From: Acidimicrobiia bacterium
GTDB taxonomy: Bacteria > Actinomycetota > Acidimicrobiia > Spongiisociales > ZC4RG35
DNA: 64,000 bases
Assembly: GCA_035513335.1 (NCBI GenBank)
Contig: DATKCE010000039.1
Location: 6,861-70,860, forward strand
Direction of reading: 5' to 3'
Part shown: positions 58,745 through 64,000 of the stretch, one piece after another
Layout of the letters: each line of letters opens with the position of its first letter
Position numbering within the stretch: the stretch's first letter is position 1
Notes under the pieces: model-generated
Database searches by the model: none
What the model was told of the DNA's origin: nothing
Seen by the model: only the letters and a program-made list of their open reading frames with translations
Program-made: the position numbers and the translations under genes

Positions 58745-61327
58745 GTGAACGACGTCGAGCAACTCGCCTCCACCCTTCGGCTGGTGAGCCCGCCCCTGGC
58801 CGATGCCCTGTTGCGGCGCCCACATCTGGCGGAGCCTCCGCGCGCCGCGGACACGATCAGCGTCAAGCTCCAGTCGCTTCTGATCGATGCCGCTCTCGAC
58901 GACATCACCGGAAAGACGACTCTCGAAGAGACCACGGCCCGCCTCTCCGACGAGATCGACCGCCTGGTGGCATCGGAGCTGGAGGCGGCGATCGACCACG
59001 TCGCCGACCGTCACCCCATCTCCCGAGGGATCGGGTTCGCCGTCATCGCCATGGGGAAGTGGGGAGCCCGAGAGCTGAACTACTACTCGGACATCGATCT
59101 CGTGTTCGTGCACGAGCCGGTGCCCGGTGAAGATGCCGAGAGTCGGGCAGCCGCGCTGGGCATAGCCAGCCGTCTGATCTCGACCTTGTCCGCCCCGACC
59201 TTCGACGGGCCGACTCTCAACGTCGACGCCGACCTGCGACCGGAAGGAACGATGGGACCGCTCTCCCGCAGCCTCGACGCCTACATCGGGTACTACTCCC
59301 GGTGGAGCGAGGCGTGGGAGCTGCAGGCTCTGCTCAAGGCACGACCCGCGGCCGGTGACCCCGACCTGGGCCGCCGCTTCAGGGAGATGTGCGATCGCAT
59401 CATCTGGGACGAGGGCCTCGACGTCGACGCCCTTCGCAGCATCCGGGCCATCAAGGCTCAAACTGAGAACGGGGCCAGCTCGAGGGATATCAAGCGCTCA
59501 CGTGGTGGCATCAGGGACATCGAGTTCGCGGTGCAACTCCTCCAACTGGTGCATGGGCGATTCGACGCGGATCTCCGGGTCACCTCGACGCTCGCCGCCA
59601 TCGAAGCGCTCACGCATCACGGCTATATCGAGGAGACCGAGGCGGAACGACTCGCCGCCGCATACCGATTCCTGAGAGACGTCGAGCACCGGCTCCAGTT
59701 GCGTGAGCTCAAGCAGACCCATGTCCTCCCCACCACGGAGGAGGACCGGGACTGGCTGGGGCGAGCTCTCGGCTTCAACCAGAACCCGGCCGCAGAACTC
59801 GACCGACGACTGGTTGAGGTTCGAGAGACCGCCCGCGATCTCCACGAGCGCCTCTACTTCCGCCCGATCCTGGAGTCCCTGGTCGGACTGAAAGACGCCC
59901 GACTCGACCCGGCGGCGGCAGCGATCCGGCTGGAGGCGCTCGGATTTCACGATGTGGTGGCGGCCACGGAGGCGGTCGGCGACCTGACCGCCGGCTTGAG
60001 CCGACGCTCCCGGGTGATGCAGCAGGTGCTCCCCCTGATGCTCGATTGGCTCTCCCAGTCGCCCGACCCCGATCTCGGGCTCGCCCAATTGCGTCTCCTG
60101 ATGGCGCACACACGTGACCACTCGGCTCTCATCACCCTGCTCCAGAACAACCCGCTGGCCGGCGAGCGCCTGTGCACCCTGCTCGGCACCGGGAAGCTGG
60201 TCGGCGACCTCATCGACCGGATACCCGAGTTCATCCCGAGGTTGGCCGACGATGACGCCCTTGGGACCATCCGCGAACGAGAGGACGCCACCGAGCGCTT
60301 GCTGATACTGCTCGACTCCCGTCCCGACGAGGACGCCAAGATCGGAACGATCCGCCGATTCGTCCGGCGGCGCAAGCTGCGGATCGCGGCTCGTGACATT
60401 CTCGGGGCGGCACCTCCCGAGTCGACCCTGCAAGCTCTGTCCGACAGCGCGGACGCCGCCATGGTCGGCGCCCTGCACATGATCGACGTGTCCGACGTCC
60501 GGTTCGCCGTGGTGGCGATGGGAAAATGGGGGGGCCGGGAGTTGGCCTACGGCTCCGACGTCGACCTCATCTACATCCACGGTGACGGCCGGCCCGACCA
60601 GGGGGCTCAGGTCGCCGTCTCCCTCGAGGCGATACTGTCCCGTCCCAACCGGCACGGTGACGCCTATGAGCTCGATACCGGCCTGCGACCGGAGGGGCGG
60701 AAGGGACCGATCACTCGATCGGTGGACTCCTACCGCCGCTATTACGACGAGTGGGTGGAACCGTGGGAGCTGCTGGCGCTGGTCAAGACACGGCCGGCAG
60801 GTGGAGATCAGGACCTACTCGACGCCTACTTCGAGATGATCGATCCGGTGGTGTGGCGCAGAGACCTGCCGTCGGAGATCACGCGCAGCGTGAGAGAGAT
60901 CAAGGCGAGGGTCGAGTCCGAGCGGATCCCGTCCCATGAGGACCCCGACTTCCACCTCAAGCTGGGCCCCGGGGGTCTCAGCGATGTCGAGTTCCTGGTC
61001 CAGCTGCTCCAACTTCGACACGGGGGACGGATACCCGAGCTCCGGGTGCCCGGCACGTTTCCTGCGCTGCGCGCCCTGCGCGAGGCGGGCATCCTCACCA
61101 GTGGCGATTTCAATGCTCTCCACGACGCGTATCTCTTCTGCACGAGGGTCCGTCTCCGGCTCCATCTGCAAAGTGGTCGCCCTTCGGACTCCCTCCCCAC
61201 CGATCCCGGGGCAACTGCCCGGTTGGCCGCCTCCCTAGGCTTCGACCGCACCGGGACGCTGCGCGAGCAGTACCGGAGGTACACGCGACGGTCCCGGAGG
61301 ACGTTCGAGTCTCTCTTCTATGAGTGA
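58745..61327 (+). CDS. glnE: Bifunctional glutamine-synthetase adenylyltransferase / adenylyl-removing enzyme
   Basis: Trimmed to the GTG at 58745, because upstream is antisense to nadE. Two nucleotidyltransferase cores: GKWGARELNYYSDIDLVFV and GKWGGRELAYGSDVDLIYI. Confidence 0.9.
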   Translation: MNDVEQLASTLRLVSPPLADALLRRPHLAEPPRAADTISVKLQSLLIDAALDDITGKTTLEETTARLSDEIDRLVASELEAAIDHVADRHPISRGIGFAVIAMGKWGARELNYYSDIDLVFVHEPVPGEDAESRAAALGIASRLISTLSAPTFDGPTLNVDADLRPEGTMGPLSRSLDAYIGYYSRWSEAWELQALLKARPAAGDPDLGRRFREMCDRIIWDEGLDVDALRSIRAIKAQTENGASSRDIKRSRGGIRDIEFAVQLLQLVHGRFDADLRVTSTLAAIEALTHHGYIEETEAERLAAAYRFLRDVEHRLQLRELKQTHVLPTTEEDRDWLGRALGFNQNPAAELDRRLVEVRETARDLHERLYFRPILESLVGLKDARLDPAAAAIRLEALGFHDVVAATEAVGDLTAGLSRRSRVMQQVLPLMLDWLSQSPDPDLGLAQLRLLMAHTRDHSALITLLQNNPLAGERLCTLLGTGKLVGDLIDRIPEFIPRLADDDALGTIREREDATERLLILLDSRPDEDAKIGTIRRFVRRRKLRIAARDILGAAPPESTLQALSDSADAAMVGALHMIDVSDVRFAVVAMGKWGGRELAYGSDVDLIYIHGDGRPDQGAQVAVSLEAILSRPNRHGDAYELDTGLRPEGRKGPITRSVDSYRRYYDEWVEPWELLALVKTRPAGGDQDLLDAYFEMIDPVVWRRDLPSEITRSVREIKARVESERIPSHEDPDFHLKLGPGGLSDVEFLVQLLQLRHGGRIPELRVPGTFPALRALREAGILTSGDFNALHDAYLFCTRVRLRLHLQSGRPSDSLPTDPGATARLAASLGFDRTGTLREQYRRYTRRSRRTFESLFYE

Positions 61328-61350
61328 GCCGTCCCGGTTAGTCTCGACCC

Positions 61351-62517
61351 ATGCCTGGCCCTGACGAGCTGGCGGGGCTGGTGGAGGAGTTGACCCCTCA
61401 GGTGGTCGAATTGCGTCGGCTGCTGCACCGCACCCCGGAGCCGGCCCATCACGAATATCGGACCACCGAGATCATCGGCCGATTCCTCAACACGGCCGGG
61501 CTCGTGTTCAACGACCGCCACCCAAAGACCGGCGGCTGGGTCGACGTCGGCACCAACCCCAGGGTGGGCTTTCGCGCCGACATCGATGCGCTTCCGATAC
61601 AGGAACCGGCTCACAACTCACCTCGTTCCGACAACGAGGGCTGGATGCATGCCTGCGGCCATGATGCCCACGCCGCGATCGCCGCCGGCATCGCCGTGGC
61701 CGTCTCCCGGCTGGCGCCGGACACGGGAGTTCGCATCGTCTTCCAACCCGCCGAGGAGTCGATTCCCGGGGGCGCCATCGAGATGGTCGAGGAGGGCCTG
61801 GTCGACGGGTTCGAAGGATTGCTCGCCTTCCACGTCGATCCGACCCTGCCCGTAGGTCGGGTGGGGGCACGGGTGGGAGCGATCACGGCTGGCTCAGATG
61901 CGATGAGGATCACGGTGCACGGCCCGGGCGGGCACACCTCCCGACCGCACAAGACGGTAGATCTGGTCACCGCGGCTGCTCGCGTCGCCGTCGAGCTCCC
62001 AATGGCGATCCGCAACGCGATCGACCCCCGGTCGCCGGTCGTGGTGGCTTTCGGATCGATACAGGGGGGCGATGCCCCGAACGTGATACCCACGGAAGTG
62101 GTGCTCAAGGGAACGGTTCGGACCCTCGATTCCCGTCTCTGGGACGTCCTTCCCTCCCTGGTCGACAAGACGCTGGGCTCGCTCCTCGCCATGAGCGGTG
62201 CCGGCTACACCCTCGACTATCAGCAGGGGATAGCCCCCGTCGTCAACGACGAGACGGTGGTCGAGCGGGCGACCGCAGCCATCGGCCTGGAGCTGGGACC
62301 CGACGTGGTGGTACCCACCGAGACTTCGATGGGTGGGGAGGACTTCTCCGACTACCTGACCAGGACCCCCGGAGCCCTCTTCCGCTTGGGGACCGCGTCG
62401 GGAGGGGGCGACCTCCACTCGGCCGCGTTCCTCCTGAACGAGGACGCCATCGCGGTCGGCCTTCGCGTCGGCACCGCCGCCGTCCTCTCCCTGACACGTC
62501 CCAAAATGATGCAGTAG
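61351..62517 (+). CDS. M20D-family amidohydrolase (N-acyl-amino-acid / hippurate hydrolase-like)
   Basis: 388 aa, MHACGHDAH motif. Confidence 0.88.
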   Translation: MPGPDELAGLVEELTPQVVELRRLLHRTPEPAHHEYRTTEIIGRFLNTAGLVFNDRHPKTGGWVDVGTNPRVGFRADIDALPIQEPAHNSPRSDNEGWMHACGHDAHAAIAAGIAVAVSRLAPDTGVRIVFQPAEESIPGGAIEMVEEGLVDGFEGLLAFHVDPTLPVGRVGARVGAITAGSDAMRITVHGPGGHTSRPHKTVDLVTAAARVAVELPMAIRNAIDPRSPVVVAFGSIQGGDAPNVIPTEVVLKGTVRTLDSRLWDVLPSLVDKTLGSLLAMSGAGYTLDYQQGIAPVVNDETVVERATAAIGLELGPDVVVPTETSMGGEDFSDYLTRTPGALFRLGTASGGGDLHSAAFLLNEDAIAVGLRVGTAAVLSLTRPKMMQ

Positions 62518-62554
62518 GGCCCGGATCTAACGTTCTTAGGGACGTCTCATAGGA

Positions 62555-63565
62555 TCAACTCCCCCTCACGGCGTCCGCCACCGCCCGCAGCTCCACCATC
62601 AGCGTGGCGAACTCCTCGGGGATCAACGCCTGGGCGCCATCGACGAGGGCGATGTCAGGTGAGGGGTGCACGTCGAGCAGCACGCCGTCCGCCCCCACGG
62701 CGACGGCGGCACGCGCCAGCGGCGCAACCAGGTCTCTTCGCCCTGCGGCGTGCGACGGGTCAACCATGACCGGGAGATGGGTCAGCGACTGGGCAACCGG
62801 CACGGCCGTGAGGTCGAGGGTGTTGCGGGCCGAGGGATCGAAGCCGCGCACGCCTCTCTCGACCAGGACGATGTGCGGGTTGCCCGAACTGTGCACGTGC
62901 TCGGCGGCATCGATCCACTCCTCGACCGTTGAACCCCGACCCCTCTTCAGAAGCACCGGTCGACTTTGTCTTCCCACCTCGCGCAACAAGGCGTCGTTGG
63001 ACATGTTTCTGGTCCCGATCCGGATCATGTCGGCATACGACGCCACCAGATCGACATCACGGGGGTCCAACACCTCGGCGACGAACGGAAGACCGGTGAG
63101 GTCCCTGGCCTCGGAGAGGATCTCGAGAGCCGCCTTGCCCAGACCCTGGAAGCTGTAGGGAGACGTCCTCGGCTTGAAGGCGTCACCGCGCAGTATCGCC
63201 GCGCCGGCGTCGCAGACCGCGGTGGCGGTCTCGAGGAGTTGATCCCGGCTCTCGACGGCACAAGGACCGGCGACGACAACTAGTGAGCCGCTGCCGATCT
63301 CGACCGGCCCCACCCTCACGACCGTCGTCGCAGACTGGAATTCACGACCGACCCGGCGACCACCAGGCACGACCGGCATCACCTGCTCGACTCCGGGGAA
63401 CGAATCCCATGGGGCGCCATCTTGGAGCGTCGACTCCACCGTCCCCTCGACGACGGTGCGGTCGGAGTCCGACGACACGCTCACGTCCGCCCCCATCGAC
63501 CGCAGTTGCTCGACGACGCTGGCGATCTCGGCTTCGGTCGCGTCCGGGCGCATCACGATGATCAT
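62555..63565 (-). CDS. aroF: 3-deoxy-7-phosphoheptulonate (DAHP) synthase, type I-beta, with an N-terminal ferredoxin-like regulatory domain
   Basis: 336 aa, MIIVMRPDATEAEI.. N-domain, then AGPCAVES...KPRTSPYSFQG...LLKRG...VLVERG. Confidence 0.9.
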   Translation of the reverse strand: MIIVMRPDATEAEIASVVEQLRSMGADVSVSSDSDRTVVEGTVESTLQDGAPWDSFPGVEQVMPVVPGGRRVGREFQSATTVVRVGPVEIGSGSLVVVAGPCAVESRDQLLETATAVCDAGAAILRGDAFKPRTSPYSFQGLGKAALEILSEARDLTGLPFVAEVLDPRDVDLVASYADMIRIGTRNMSNDALLREVGRQSRPVLLKRGRGSTVEEWIDAAEHVHSSGNPHIVLVERGVRGFDPSARNTLDLTAVPVAQSLTHLPVMVDPSHAAGRRDLVAPLARAAVAVGADGVLLDVHPSPDIALVDGAQALIPEEFATLMVELRAVADAVRGS

Positions 63566-63607
63566 GTCCGATGGTCGAGGCTAGCCAGAACCGTAAGATT
63601 GGCGGAC

Positions 63608-64000
63608 GTGGCCGTCGACGACCAGCTTCCCCAGGGATACATCCCGCACATAGGTGAGACTCGTCAGTACTGGCGTGACATCATCCTCGGCGTCAACGAC
63701 GGGTTGGTCTCGATATTCCTGCTCGTGGTGGGGGTCGTCGGTGGAGGGCTCGACAGGGGCCAGGTACTGCTCACGGCCGTGGCGGGCGCCATCGCTGGGG
63801 CAGTGTCGATGGCGGCCGGGGAGTACCTCGCCACCAAGTCCCAGGACGAGGTCCTGGAAGCCGAGCTGATCCTGGAGGCGACGCACATCCGTGAGTTCCG
63901 GGACCTGGAGCTGAGTCAGCTGCGCGGCTTCTTCACCGAGATGGGGGTTCGTCGCGAGCATCTCGACGACGTGATGAGTGCTTTCGAGGACAACGATCAC
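63608..64000 (+). CDS. VIT1/CCC1-family iron/manganese transporter, N-terminal part (runs off window)
   Basis: Not in the track because it has no stop. The plus strand from the GTG at 63608 (or TTG at 63599) reads VAVDDQLPQGYIPHIGETRQYWRDIILGVNDGLVSIFLLVVGV...MAAGEYLATKSQ. The listed minus ORF 63581-64000 is its antisense shadow. Confidence 0.8.
   Translation, partial: MAVDDQLPQGYIPHIGETRQYWRDIILGVNDGLVSIFLLVVGVVGGGLDRGQVLLTAVAGAIAGAVSMAAGEYLATKSQDEVLEAELILEATHIREFRDLELSQLRGFFTEMGVRREHLDDVMSAFEDNDH

Noticed and set aside
63566-63607. yybP-ykoY (Mn2+) riboswitch upstream of the VIT-family transporter.
   Set aside because: The 42-nt spacer cannot hold the aptamer.

Overview
GC-rich, densely packed chromosomal core segment, not an island. 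WhiB-like regulator, NucS/EndoMS, two F420-type LLM oxidoreductases and GlnE point to Actinomycetota; an Acidimicrobiia-like lineage is only a guess. I call about 60 protein genes, and many neighbours share 1-4 nt ATGA/GTGA start-stop overlaps. Main blocks: rpoB-rpoC (1-5860); a Crp/VanW pair; hsp20 divergent from a RimK triad; WhiB/ACAD/M50; a YbaN-MFS-nucS-trmL string; fba-nhaA; a rhodanese operon; an LLM-tag-GCS2-LLM operon; a caa3-type ctaCDEF operon; a ctaB-containing operon; penicillin acylase; a selD operon; PFOR plus a DHOD-like gene; greA, mgtE, nadE, glnE and a DAHP synthase. I saw no rRNA, tRNA, CRISPR array, transposase, integrase or phage genes. Most of the long ORFs in the track that lie antisense to real genes are GC-driven artefacts. 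Several track ORFs had over-extended N-termini and were trimmed. Observations most worth follow-up: (1) selD is interrupted by an in-frame TGA exactly at the catalytic Cys/Sec position, with a stem-loop just downstream, so it is probably a selenoprotein that the ORF track truncates. It sits in a tight operon with DUF302, a thioredoxin-like [2Fe-2S] ferredoxin and an alpha/beta hydrolase. (2) The rpoBC operon has unusual noncoding architecture: a roughly 140-bp tandem repeat upstream of rpoB, an internally duplicated 326-nt rpoB-rpoC spacer, and sequence motifs shared between the two. (3) Two families of palindromic REP-like elements lie in intergenic spacers next to gene 3' ends. One family brackets a solitary DUF559 endonuclease-like gene as 53-bp direct repeats and supplies the last codons of two genes. 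(4) A four-gene translationally coupled operon (His-rich lipoprotein, unknown polytopic membrane protein, ctaB, CX4C thioredoxin-fold lipoprotein) is a candidate oxidase-biogenesis module. All homology calls come from reading motifs by eye; nothing was searched or computed with tools.
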